Shown here piece after piece: positions 37,962-51,400 of a stretch of DNA of 64,000 bases (its first letter is position 1; the number at the start of each line of letters is the position of its first letter). Source of the DNA: Paraspadella gotoi (Eukaryota; Animalia; Chaetognatha). The notes under the pieces were generated by a model, which saw nothing but the letters and a program-made list of their open reading frames with translations, did no database searches and was not told the DNA's origin. Location of the stretch: positions 4,980,686-5,044,685 of the forward strand of contig CM119269.1 of assembly GCA_051294375.1 (NCBI GenBank). The letters run 5' to 3'. The position numbers and the translations under genes are program-made.

Positions 37962-40900
37962 ATGGCTAAAATTGTGCCCATGACGACGGCGGCGCCGGTA
38001 GCAGGCTACTCAGCTACATCCGGTTCCGGAGCGCGTTATCAATCTACATCCGGAACTGCGAACCAAAACATGGGCGGATTCGGCTACAGGAGCTTCAACT
38101 TTCATCAACGCCGAATGAGCGACGGCGCTCTTAACAAAAAAGAGAACAACAATAAGTTAAAAACGTTTTTCAAGAAGAACGGCGCCTCTGGCGGAGGATC
38201 GAAGAAACAAGTCAACAGCGAGTCGAACCTGGACGCGGACCACTACGGATGGCTGAGGTGATTGGTTGATTGATTTGGGGACTGTGTCCGATTGACAAAA
38301 CGGGCGGATGGATTAAATCTGTTTGATTGACGGCTCAAGGAAAAGGATCCAACTAAATAACTAATTTACTTATACTACTTATCATGACTCATTTTTGACT
38401 GATTCGTTGAAACGATTGATCGATGGGTCGAGCTATCCGCTTCACACTCATAGATCTGTGGGGGTACTTCTCAACAACAGCGGGGCAGATAATCATCTTG
38501 TCAATCACTTTCGAGTTGAGCAGCCAACGGCTCCCGGGTTCTCCGATCTCCCGCGCTGCACGACCAGGTTTAAGGTTTTTAAAAGTAGGGTAATCTAGTC
38601 AAATCTCCACCTTCGCCATTTTAGCAAACGCGAGGGATCCTCCACCTCTTGGAAACGAGTCTGGTGCGTTCTCAGGGGAAAGAATCTCTTCTTCTACAAA
38701 AGCCCCAAACACGACACGGCCGTCGGCTGCGTCGCTTTGAGGTAAGTTCGAGTGGTGAAGCGAGGCGAGGTGAACATTCTTCGAGCGTACTTTACAGCCC
38801 GATAATCAAAGTTAGCTGTTAGCCTCACAGTTTATGTGTACAAAAAGAGTCGTCACCGAGTAGTGGTACTCAGTCCCACGTACTTACTCTCCCATGATGT
38901 TTCGACCCTCCCTTTTTCAGCCCGGAACAGACGGTGGCCCCGGGGGATATGAGCGGCTCCAAGTTCGTTTTCACCGTGAGACAAAAGGGACTCAAAGACG
39001 TCCATCTTGCCGCCGACTCTCTCGAGGATTGTAAACTCTGGATGAACTACCTGTCGCTGAGTCCGCTGGACGTCAGACCGGAAGGTGAGTGATCGTGGGA
39101 TTGAATAAATGTAAGACGTTACGTGAGGGTTTTTAGGTAAGTTTAATGTAACAAAATCTCGGATCTCGGTTTAGAGGTGCTTTGGGTATGCGAAAGCTTT
39201 AATTTATCATTAATAATAATTTTCATCATTAATTATATCATATATTATATATCATACATATCAATTTATATCATTAATAATAATTTATCAATAAAGGTTT
39301 GTAATTAGTTACGATGAGTCTTTGTCAACTGTAATAAAGCAAAAGGTTCGTGTATTTCGAAAGGTAAGTAGATAGGGAGGTGAGAGAAAAGGGGTAAGGT
39401 TAAATGGTTAAGGAATGCGGTGGGTCAACTCGAATGGTTTGCATATCCGCTAGGAAGGAGAGGGCGAGGAACGCGTCCGACTCGATCGAGAATCTTCGCT
39501 TCCGGCGTCTGTCGCCGCGAGACTTTTCTCTTGCGGTCGACGTTGTTTTGATCTGCGGTTTAATCATCGTCGTCGTCGTGATTATCGTCGTCGTCCTCGT
39601 TAGTTCGGTTAACCTTCGCGATGAGACACTCGCCAGTGGTTGACAAAGAATCCAGTCTTCCGCGGTCGTTGAACTCGTCCAATTCCGGTTTTTGTATCCT
39701 TTTTCTAATTTGGATTTTAGAAAGTCTTAGGATTACGTACTAGTATAGTACAGTATATATAAATATATATATATACTAGTAAATACAGTTTTTCACTCGC
39801 TCAAGTTGATTATTTACTCAAACATTCAGTCTTAATCCAGCTGAATCTTTTTCAAAATTCTTTAATTCAAAGACTAAAACAAAGTTCCTACCAGTAAGTT
39901 CCTACATTCCTCACCTTTTTAATTGTCCCTCAACCTCGCCCGACCTTCCCTCACCCTTTATTCCAGGCATTCGCTGCTCCAAGAGCCCGTCCCTCTCTAC
40001 CATCCACTCCGCTTCCTCCTCGCTCCTCCTCCACCGCGGGAGCGATTTGGACGTTTACTCCTCTTCCGCCTTCGCGGATCGAGCGACGAGTGGCTCGATC
40101 GCCGGCGGGCTGGCCAACGGGAGCGTCGGAAACAAAGAAACAAGGGGATCCGGAGGCGGGAAAGGAGGAGGAAGTGGAGGCGGGAAGGGGGGCGGGAAGG
40201 GGGGCGGCAAAGACGGAGGAAAGGGAGGCGGCAAGAGCGGAAGCAAAGGTGAGATAAGGATTAGTTGAAAGTCTACTCTTGTTTCTAATCTTGAATAAGA
40301 ACGATTGAAAATTACAATTATATTTTCTCAACGTAAAACTTTCTTGAATATTAATTATTAAATATAGAATGAGTCTATTATCCATATACAAGAACCACAA
40401 TTTCGATCAGAATGTCGGAATTAAATAGATCTATTGTTTAACTGGTTTAACTTTATTAAAATAGTTAAATTTCTAAACGATTTTATTAAATAACAATCAA
40501 ACTATAAGACAATAAGTATTAAGTAAAATTCAACTTTCCCTTCATGAAAATGATCAAGCTCTACAACCCGCCGACACCGACGACGAAGACGACGAACTGG
40601 ACCTCGACGCCGACGCCGAAGCCGACGTCGACGCAGACATGGACGCCTCCGCCGGCGCCTCCGCCCAACAGGCCGTCGCCGCCAACATCGTCGTCAACAT
40701 CATCGGCGCCGCGCAAGCCGAAGGCGACGACGACTCCCTGGCCGAGACGGAGCTCGACATGGCCTACGACGACGAGGAGGAAGAGGAGGAGGAAGAGGAA
40801 GAGGAAGAAGACGACGTCTCCAGCGATTCCGACTCTGAGAAGAAGAAGAAAAAGAAGAAGAAGAAGAAAGATAAGAAGAAGAAGAAGAAAAAGAAGAAAG

Positions 40901-42684
40901 GAGACGTTAGTGAGGAAGAGGAAGAGGTGGAGGAGATTCAGGAGATCGAAGAGATCGTCAACGTGATCCGCAACGTCAATCACAACGTCAACGTCAGCGA
41001 GACGCGCAACGAATCTCTCGACGTCAAAGCCAACGTCAGCGAGACGGTCAAGTTGGCGGCGAAGGCCTTCAGCTTCGGGGCGTTGATGGCCGGGTCGAAG
41101 ACAGAGGCGATAGAGGACGGAAAAGCAGACGACGACGACGACGACGACGACGAAGAGGACGAAGACGTCGGGAGAAAAAAGTCCAATCTTTTGCAATCCG
41201 CGCGGACCGACGGACTTCCCGGCGTCGGAGCGAAAGCCGGCGCCGCAGCCGGGGCCAGAGCCAGCGCCGCAGCCGGGGCTAGAACCGGCGCCGGAGCATT
41301 CGCAAACGGCGGAGCCAAGGCCGGAGGTTTCCCCGGCAGCGCCGCAGTGGCCGCTATTCCCGCGGCGCTGCCGCCTCCAGCACCTCCGGCGCCTTCGGCT
41401 CCGCAACCCTTCCTCCCTCCACCGGCTCCGATTCCCACGAGTCTCCCCGAATCCAGCCCCCATTCCAGTCCGTGGCCCAGCCCCAAGCACAGCCCTTACC
41501 CCAGCCCCAGGCCGAGCCCTCGCGGCAGTTTCGACATGATCAACGCCCGCCCTCCGGTCTATGAAAGCCGGCGTCGCGACCCGAGGATGGAGGCGGACAT
41601 GGACGACGATGCGTTGGACAGGATCATCCAGAAGGCGAGAGAGATCAAAACGCTGCCGCGCCCTGCCGTGCTCCTGAACGAATTCGAGCGGAACGTCGGC
41701 CGCGGGAGACGCTCCAAGCGGTACGAGGAATATTACGAGGAGGAAGAGGACGACATGAGCGCCGTCGTCCCCGTCACGCGACGCAAAACCACAGTCAATC
41801 ACATCAACAACAACAACTACGACAGCAACAATCTCGAAACGTTCAAGAGACAAGTTGCCAATCAGGCCATGATGGTTCTTTACCAACAGCAACAGAACCA
41901 ACATCAATGCATGCAGCAGCAACACATTCTTCAACTTCAACAACAGGCAATGTTGCTCCAGGAGCAGCAAATCAAGGCCTTTCAGATCCAACAGCAGAGA
42001 AAGCAGCAGGAGGAACAGCGGCGGCGGCAGAAGCGGGAGCTCCAGAAGCAGCAGATGCAGCAGGAGTCGCGTCGAACGGAATTGGAAGAGCACACGACGA
42101 ACCGCCGCGTCGTACGACGAAATCCGCCGCCGCCTCCGCAGCGCAGCGAGGCACTGGTGACGGAGATGTTGAGGACGGAACTCGCGCACGTGGAAATGGC
42201 GGAGAAAGCTGCGGCGATTCCAAAGCCGCGATCCGTGTCAGAGGCCGGAGTGCAGACGGAGACGGATGAAGAGGAGGAGGAGGAGGAGGAAGAGGAGCCT
42301 ATCGTCTTCGCCGCCGTCATCGAAGCCCCCGACGAGGAAGAGGAGGAGGAGTTGACGAGCTTCTTCGAGCAGACGGTCATCGAGACGATCGTCACCGTCG
42401 AAGAGCGTGTCGACGCTCAAGGGCGAACGCGGAGGATCCTCTCCCGCGTCGACGACGACCTCCCGCCGCAGATCGAAGGCTTGCACCTGCTGCAAGGAAT
42501 GCAGGTGCCGGGCGGGCCGGAGCAGAAATGGGCGGCGTCGACGGACGAGTGGGAGAGAACCGAATGGGAGGTGCGACACCCGGCGCCGGACTTTTTGACG
42601 CCCGACGCTTACGTCGGCCGAAATGGATTCAAGACTTCATTGGCGGCTCATCATTTGCCGCTGCCATCGGGAGAGATGAGATGA
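37962..42684 (+). CDS. PH-domain protein, 5 exons, 994 aa, with a long acidic/Lys/Pro/Gln-rich disordered tail (CNK/IPCEF/PLEKHA-like PH; orthology unresolved)
   Basis: Exons 37962-38257, 38625-38741, 38921-39084, 39967-40248 and 40559-42684, all phase compatible (2985 nt). PH domain: DHYGWLSKREGSSTSWKRVWCVLRGKNLFFYKSPKHDTAVGCVALS...KFVFTVRQKGLKDVHLAADSLEDCKLWMNYL. In-frame stops precede the ATG. AATAAA lies at about 42731. Confidence 0.85.
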
Positions 42685-43105
42685 TGATGGTGATGATGAT
42701 TGAAGTGTGAAAATGTAATTAAATCATAGAAATAAATAATTTGATTTTTTGTTAATTATTACATGTAGCGGACGAATATGGCTCGAATATACACTAAGAA
42801 TATAATAAAAATATATTCATCATTCTGTAATCAGATTAAGTAATTTGGATAAAATTTTCACAGAAAACTATATATTCGTCGAGTTAAAAAATTTGCCTCC
42901 GCTCACAGTATCGACACGCATACTGCAAATTAAAATGTTGTTCACCAATTTTAAAATGTGCTTCAGTAACTATTTTTTAAAAAATGACATTATGCTGGTA
43001 TTTGGTCATTTTGCATTGGCGTTCGTTTTTTTTTTTTGCTTTTTCAGTTGTTTTTTTTTTTTTTTCAGCTTTGTCGCTTTGTTTTTGTATTGTAAACAAC
43101 CCGAT

Positions 43106-43196
<91 letters not shown>

Positions 43197-45228
43197 CTTT
43201 TCCCGCCTCCGCAGCCCCATTTCCGAAACCACTAGCGTGAAAAAAAAAAAGAGCCCACCCACCACGACTCCCTCTCTCCAACATAATAGGAAGTGCGTCA
43301 CTGCATCGAACGAATTCATTAATCGATCATAAAACCCACTTTTTTTTCCCCACCCGATACTTTCCTTTTCTTTTCATTGTTTTTTCTCGATTTCGTGACG
43401 ACGACTTCGCTTGCTTGATTTTTCTCAGGTTAATTGCGACTACGAAATTTCGTTCTTCCAGAATTTGAAAAAAAAGGAAGACAAGACAAGACAAGAATTA
43501 TCTTTTCAGCTCCACTTGAAACTATAAATCGTTGAAAATTGCTACGATTAAACCTTTTCAGTAATTTTCACTTAAATATATGGGTGCTTAAATTTTCTGA
43601 AATTTATAACCAACAAATAACAAAAAGACAGAAAAGATGACGTTTTATCGACGAACGGACAGTGAGAAAATGGGAAAATAAAACCTAACCAAATAGACAG
43701 ACAGACAGACAGATTGACAGACAGGTGCATTGAGGTCGCTGCTCTCGATTTCCAATTAAAAAAAAACCGCGGAATTTAAAAAAAAATAAAAAAGCAACGG
43801 GTGTGGACCGGTCACGTGACTGTTTTACGATCACAGATTTTTTTTTGTCAAGAAAAAAAGTTAAAGTTGTTTTTGTCGGAGCGACGAATTGTTTCGAGAA
43901 AGTTTTCTTTGTTTTCATTGTCTTTTTCAACCTTCCGTCTTTGTTTACGTTTGCAAATTCCAATCTTTGAATTCATATATATATATTCTTTCGACTACTT
44001 TAATTCGTTTTACTCGAAGACTATAACTTACTCGTTCGAATTTCCACGATTTTACTTTTACTTTCGGGAGACGCCGCCGCAGCCGCCGCCGTCGCAGCCG
44101 CCGCCGTCGCGCTGCAATCAAAACGCTTTTTGCTTCGTTGAGTCCAACTGATTTAATCAAATTTCATTTGAAGATATTGAAATCCGGAAACATTTTTGGG
44201 AATGAAAAATTGGAAAAAGAATTTTTTTTTAGTACGAGGATTTTAATTATATGCGTGCGAATTTAATCTAACTTGGTTCCATGTACGATTGTACGTATTA
44301 TAGTAACGACGTACATATGAGTCGACCGTCAAAAAGAAAATTGCGAAAAGATTTCGATTGAAATTTCGACAATCTTTTTCAAGAATGAACCTTTTTCTGT
44401 TTGTTTGTAGCTTTAATAATTAGTTTAAATATATTCTAAAAGTGTTAAACCAATCCCTAACTTTATGAGATAAAATGGGGCATTCTGGGAATAAAAACCC
44501 TCATTTCTATGATCCGTTTGACCTGTGGGCCGAAAATAATTTTTTTTTTACCTGAAAAAAAAAATATTTTGGCTTTATTAACTCCATGTTAAATAAATTT
44601 GAACTCGACCCTGCCGTTTTTTTACGAACCATCTAGTGATGTGCGCCGACTACAGTGTACACACACGCGCGCTTCATTCGCCACAATCGGGTCCCACCGT
44701 ACTTTGAACTCTTCGAACGTTTCACTCGGCTTTTACCCTTCGTGAAAATTCAATTTCACGAGTGACTCGCTCTTTACGAATCCTTTTCCCGAATCTTTCT
44801 CATACCCTTTTTCGAAATCTATTTATATATAATATATATATAATATATAATATATTTTCAAATGCAAGAGTCTGTTTAATTTTAATTTTTCCTTAAAATT
44901 ACCGGCAAACTTTATCCAATTAATTCCCTAATAATCTACCTATCTATTTTAATTTTTAAAAGATTTTATAACTTTTTCCTCAAGTCTACTAATTTTTTTT
45001 TTCTCTCTCCATCTTTGTAATGTTTTGTTTAATTTGCGCGCGACCGAAAATCTTTTAGTTAAAAAAAAGTTTTAAATAACGTATTTTTTTCTCCTCTCGT
45101 CAATTACGAAAACAAGGAATCCGCTTTTGCGTTTTGGCTTCGACTCAAAACTATTCTCAATTAACTTTTTCCTCGATGTTTCTTTTTCGTCCCTCTCTCT
45201 TCTTCTCTTCTCTTCTTCTCTCCTCTCT

Positions 45229-45285
<57 letters not shown>

Positions 45286-45289
45286 GATC

Positions 45290-45435
45290 TTCTCTCGATA
45301 GGGTGAGCAACGGCAAGAGTCGGGTAAGATTCGGCAAAGAACCCGATGAATATCCCTGCAAAGATCCAGCGTAGATCCCGGTGAAAATTGTTGTTGATCC
45401 TTCCCCAGATCTTCTCTCGATACGGCGAGCAACGG
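45290..45435 (-). repeat. Dispersed ~140-bp repeat (family C), copy 1; other copies at 50850-50950 and 51820-51950
   Basis: Shared cggcaaaga.ccc...gaatat...gatccagcg.ag.tcccgg.gaaa.t.gttgttgatc...ccagatcttctctcgata.gg.gagc. Confidence 0.8.
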
Positions 45436-45599
45436 ACAGATGCGGCGATATCGGGTGTCGTAATCCGGAACAAAAAAGACGAGAGAGAGACTCACAATGC
45501 TTGTCTAAGATAAGCGGATCGAACGCAGATATCGATTTCCCGTAAGAATATGAGAATCGTCATCCGAGTCATTCGGATCAGCGGATAAATTTTGAATCC

Positions 45600-45631
45600 C
45601 TCGTTGCGGGTTCGAATCCCACCACCGCCAT
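45600..45631 (+). mobile_element. tRNA-like 3' half (Pol III B box), probable SINE relic
   Basis: GCGGGTTCGAATCCCACCACCGCCA is a T-arm plus acceptor-like 3' end. No complementary 5' acceptor strand or D-arm was found upstream. Confidence 0.4.
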
Positions 45632-46221
45632 CACAACGAACGAAGGAGGCGTGGTTTATTAAGTAGAAATTATAGGAGTTTTATTAACATTAAACACAAG
45701 AGGATATAACGATAATTGATGGAGATAAGGCTGAATAAACAGACATTAAACAAATTCAATAAATAGAATTTGATGTTTATTTTTTGAAGGTAAGTTGAAG
45801 AGTGATCCAGTTCCCTCTTCTCTTTCCCAGCCGTCGAGAAGCTTCCTCTCTGATTGGTCTATCCGACGAAAAGAGGAAAAAGCCTGCGATTATAGTAATA
45901 TTGAAATATTTTATCATCTTTTTTTGTCATTTCATGAGACATTCAATTTAGCAATAACAAATTAAGAAATATGGAATTTAATACATTACAATGCTGTGTT
46001 ATCCCGAAAAGCCGTTAAATGGACGAGTTTAATGAAAGTAGACACTGGCGAAAAGGAAAGAAAAAAAAAAGGGAGGTCGAGGGACGGGGTTTAAGCAGTG
46101 TCTGATGTCGGGCAGAGAAATCTAGTAAAGTTCCGGTTCCGCTTATGGGTTAATGTTGGGATCGAGGTTAGAGAAGAGAAGTTAAGGAAACGGGAGATCC
46201 ATTAGACGAGGATCTGTAGGG

Positions 46222-46505
46222 AGGAAAGGAGAGAAGGGGGGAAAAAGGAAAGAAGGGAAGGAATGAAGGGAACGAGAGAAGGGGAAAAAAAGGAAAGAAG
46301 GGAAAGAATGAAGGAAACGAGAGAAGGGGAAAAAAAGGAAAGAAGGAAAAGAATGAAGGAAACGAGAGAAGGGAAAACAAAGGAAAGAAGGGAAGGAATG
46401 AAGGAAACGAGAGAAGGGAAAAAAAAGGAAAGAAGAGAAGGAATGAAGGAAACGAGAGAAGGGGAAAAAAGGAAAGAAGGGAAGGAATGAAGGAAACGAG
46501 AGAAA
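46222..46505 (+). repeat. 45-bp purine-rich minisatellite about x6
   Basis: Unit gaatgaaggaaacgagagaaggggaaaaaaaggaaagaagggaag. Confidence 0.9.
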
Positions 46506-48379
46506 AGAAAAGAGTACGGCAGGGTGAAAGTAGAAAGAACGGAAAGGAAAAAAAAGAAAAGAAAAGACAAATACGGCGAAGAAAATGAGAGTACATAAGA
46601 GAATGAGGAGGCGAATACTGCGCGTTAGATGCTGCGGTCGCCGGTCAGTTCTCAGAAATTAAGGATCTCCCTTCCTCCGAGGACCGAGAACAGTTTTTCG
46701 CGTTGAAAATTGATTAGAGTTGGATTTTAATCAAGAAAATCGGCCTCGAGGCTCGAAGAAAGGAGTCCTAATTATTTTCCAATCTGATCGGAAGGCGGAC
46801 GGCGCAGTGAGACCGTTTAGAAGTGATTAAAGTCAAGAGCGCCGATTAAGTTTGACTTCCGGGGGGGGGAGGTGGTGGACGTGGTATAAGGCGTGAGTAG
46901 GGGGTGGTGAGGGATGTTGAAAAAAGGGTGGTGCCGGTGGTGGGTAGAAGAGTTTTTTTTTATAATATGTTATCTGACGATTTAGCAGCTGCGAGTGAAA
47001 AACAAAAAAAATTCTATCGGAAATCTTTTACTTGTATATTTTAGTTTAACTTTATAGAAAACCTCAATTTTTTTAAACTTTTTTTTCAAAAATTTGACAA
47101 AAAATTTTTTCTTCAGTTACATTTGTTTTTTTCCATCATAGATTAAATTTTTTTTTTAAATTTAATTCATAAAATAATTGTTTTTTTCATTCATAGATTT
47201 TTTTTTCAGTTTTCTCACTGTCTTTTGTTTTTCGGCAGACAAACGAACGGAGAGATAAAACTTTAAAAGATAATTCAAGTTGTTAATTGGAGTTTTTTTT
47301 CGGTTGTTCTTTTCGATGTCATCGTGGTTGACATTATACTGGTCGTCTTCTTCGTTGTCGTCGTCGTCGTCGTCATCTTCGTCTTCGTCTTTGCGAGTAG
47401 TGTTAGATAACAATGTACCCTAATACTTTTCATAGTTAATTTATTGTACAAAATTAGCCGAGCCTAGATAGCACATCATTCTGGATCAGTTTGTTTTTTT
47501 TTTCCATCTCAGATTTTTTAAAAAATCTTTTTATTTTTCCGGTTTTCACCTTTTTGCCCGTTTTCTTTCCTTTTTTCTATTTTATTTTCTATTTTTCTTG
47601 CTTTTTTCTTCCTTTATTTTACGGCCTTCAATTAGTTTTTTTTTTCCCCCTTCGGCATAACGCTCGGTTCCCAAAGATTTTCTTTCGAAACGGGTTCGCC
47701 CGTACTCTTGGTTGAAACGATTTTCGAACGCGGTTGGTCGGTCGGTCGATAGGTTGTTCTGCAATTATACTACTAAAAATAAAAGGTAAAAAGACTAATC
47801 TTACTTACCTCACGCTTAAAATTTTGTTTGAAATACAATAAACTGTTTTCCGAATATTCTCGTTTGCCTGAGATCAAACTGTTCAAACTTTGGTCCGATG
47901 CGGCTTCACCTGTCCGCCCTCTCCCTCTGCAATACTTCAGAGGTTTTGGTAAAAAGCGGTCACGCCTGTAAACCCGGGGAAGCGTGACTTGTTACGGTGG
48001 CGCGGTTTTCGCTGGAAGGAACGGGTCACGCCCTTAGCGCCCGCGAACCAGGGACCTTCCGACCCGACTCTTCTCTCTACCCTTCTTCTCTTTTTCTTTC
48101 GCTTTTCTTTTTCTCGTCTATTTTTTCTTTTCTTTTTTATCTTTTATCTTTAATAAATTTCTTCTTCGTCTTTTTCTTTATTTTTTTTCAGGTAATACTA
48201 TTAAGAAAAATTATTTACCTTTTTTTTTTTAGATCTCTTCATAAGAATTTGAAGCGAATACTTAAAAAGAGATACCTTCTTTGTTAGAGCCAACACGACA
48301 GGTCACAGCCTCGGGAAAATGAAAGAGTCCCAGTCCGGTTTTAAATTTTTTTTCTATCTCTCTGCCTCTTTACTTCAAT

Positions 48380-48433
<54 letters not shown>

Positions 48434-51400
48434 CCTCTCTCTCTCACGTTCCGTGAGCAAGAAATCGAGCGTTAAGTTAATATGATAATGGAAAGAAAGA
48501 AAAAATAAATAAATACATAAATGAACAAATAATGAAAATAAAGAAATAAAGAAATAAATACAAATCAATAAATCAATAAATCAATAAATCAATAAATCAA
48601 TAGATCAATAAATAAATAAATAAATAAAATTTTTAAAAATAAATGAAGAAATAATGAAAATAAATAAGACCTTGATGCTCTAGATTTTTCGCGAAGGGTC
48701 CAAGCTAAGACATACCATCAAAAATTGAAATGAAATAAGAACAAAAAAATCAGGTTTCCGCGCACCGCTGTTGGACCCGACGAACGGGCGAGCGGTATTT
48801 CGGAAGGGACGGAACAGAACCCGTTTCGATTCGTTTAAAAACATCTATCTATGACAATTTAAAATTTTTTTCATCCACAGTGATTCAAATTGACAAACTA
48901 GATTAAACTAGTTAACGAGCGGACTTCTTGCAACTAATCTATTTCGATTTAGCGACTTGAATTGATAGAAAGCCAGACAGACTGACCCCAAGCGAAAGTC
49001 TCACACCGCTGAATGGCTAGATCAAAAAGAAAGTTTACTAATTTAAAAAAAAGTTTTAAAAAATGATTCATACACGTAACAATGCTTAATTTTTGTTTAA
49101 AATATCGAGGTCAACACGCTGGTTCGGTTCTCAACTCGCGCGTCAACAAGACGTGGTTTGTTTCGAGCCTCGCGTTTAAAGTTTTTTTTCATGCGTCGCG
49201 ACATCTCTCTCAGAACGTTTTATTGAATCAATGAAAATGAAAAGATAGATAAACTGTTTGAATGTATAAACCTGTCTATTAATAAAAACTCGGAGAGAAG
49301 AGTGTGACTTTAAAAAGTTGGTAAAAGAGAAACCTATAAAATTATATATGATATTTAGCAACAAAAATGTGATAGTTAAACTAGCGGTAGCCGACCGAAT
49401 TCAAATTTTAATGGGAACAGCATTAAACTAATCCATTATTGGTATTAATTATTGTGTTAAAATATTTTTTGGCAAAAATGTTCCGAACCATGAGTAATTC
49501 GCTCATTAATATTATTATATCGTATATAATGTTAAAAAAATTTTTTGGATATTTTAAGTTTTTTTAATTAATTCTGATGGAGCTTAAAAAATTAAGCAAA
49601 AAATATAATTACAACTTTTTAAAATTTTGATATTTTATTACTAAAAATTAGTAAAAACTGCTAAAATCATTGGATGATGATGATGATGATTTTTTAAGGT
49701 TTTTCCCAATTTTAACCCACTTATCATTAAAATATTGAAAAAAGAATTAAACTTTGTGTAGATAACTTTTCATAAGCTATTTGAATCTGCTTTTAAAAAT
49801 ACAAAATTCAAAACAATTGTTTTGACATTTCCTATCTATAAATAAATATTAAAAAAATAATTACTAATGCTTCTAGCCATTTTAGAAAATTTTGGTCCAT
49901 TGAAAGTTTTCTCAGAAATGTATGAAGTTTCATTTGGAAAGGTTCCCAAATCAAACTTCTGACCCACCCCATTGACGAAGTTTGGCTCTAGTTAAACTTA
50001 AATTATTTAAGTTTTTTTAAAAACAAAAAAAGGCTTTATGCTCTTCGAAACTTTCAATGCTAATACAACGTGCCGCATCTTCTGAAAAATCGTTCTTTTC
50101 ATTAATAAAGTTCATCCAGATTGTAATTGCTTTACATAGCAACTGAAATTCGATTAAAAAAGGTTAAAAAAACGTCGCAATAAAATAAGTAAACATTTTT
50201 AAAGCTAAATTATTAATTTATGTGTTGCTATTAAATCCTAGGGAAAGCTAAATACGATAAAACAAACAATTGAACTTCCGGACGTAGATGATAAAATAAA
50301 AGTATTTAAAACTTCTTTTTTTTATGGAAGAGAAAAAGAAATAAAATTAAGCTAACAAGAAATAAACGGCAAGGGCGTTTTCTTAAATATTTCTGTTTGG
50401 TTCTCTGTCTTTTTACACAGTTCAATGTCCAGGATACAATGAGCGAAACCAAACTGTGAAATTCCTTTTAAAAAAAAAGTGATTTCGGCATCATCTGTCT
50501 TGACATCCGAAACTACGACGACCTCGCAAATTCGTTCGATTAGGGAGAATCGAATTCTTCAATCTTCCGAGAACCAGATCTCTCGAGTTCGAGGACGATT
50601 GGACGATTTTGCCTTCGGAATTCTCAAAAACCTGATCATCGAGTTTTTTTTCCTTTTTTTTTACTGCTGTTTTCGAATTTTAAACTGCATTGTTTTTGGT
50701 TTAATGTATAGTATTTAGCGTTAAAAGTTGAACTAAAGAGATGAAAAAATAAAAAGAAAAACAAAAGTATTTGTCAATTCCGCAATATAAACGCATGGAC
50801 GATTTCTCGATGGTCATTGACATTTCAAAAGCTATCTCTCTCTCTCTCATGGCGAGTGTCGGGTAAGATCTCGGCAAAGATCCCGGAACCCGATCGAATA
50901 TCCTGCAAAGATCCATGCGTTAGATCCCGGCTTTAAAAATTGTTTGTTGATTCCTGGGGGGGTTTCAATGAGAATTAGTCGAGGCAGGGAAGTGAAAGAG
51001 GAAAAGTATTAACGGAAATCGGGTGTTTATAATTGATTATACATTGGACTAAATTGTTGTTTGATATACAGTTCAAAACTTTTTCTCAAACGATTTCATC
51101 AAACTTTGGATCCTAGTTCTGGTGCGAATTTGTTTTTAACGAAATTTAGATCTGAAAGCTTATGAATTATTGATATGTATTCTTTACAACAATTTACTAT
51201 TGTACTTACATTATTATCACATGTCTATCGTTTAAGCAAAAAAAATCTAAATTTAGGAAATTTATATGAATTAGGGGAAAAGGAAAGACAGAAAAAGGGA
51301 AAGAAATAAAGGATGGAAAAGAAAATGGGAGATATAAAGAGGAGAGAGATAGAAGGAGAAAAAGGGAGAGACTGAGGTAGAATGACTAGAGGAGAGAGAG

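Noticed and set aside
40561-42189. 542-aa minus-strand ORF
   Set aside because: Antisense shadow of the GC-rich last exon of the PH gene.
45560-45631. tRNA gene
   Set aside because: Only a B box/T-arm is present; no cloverleaf can be built.
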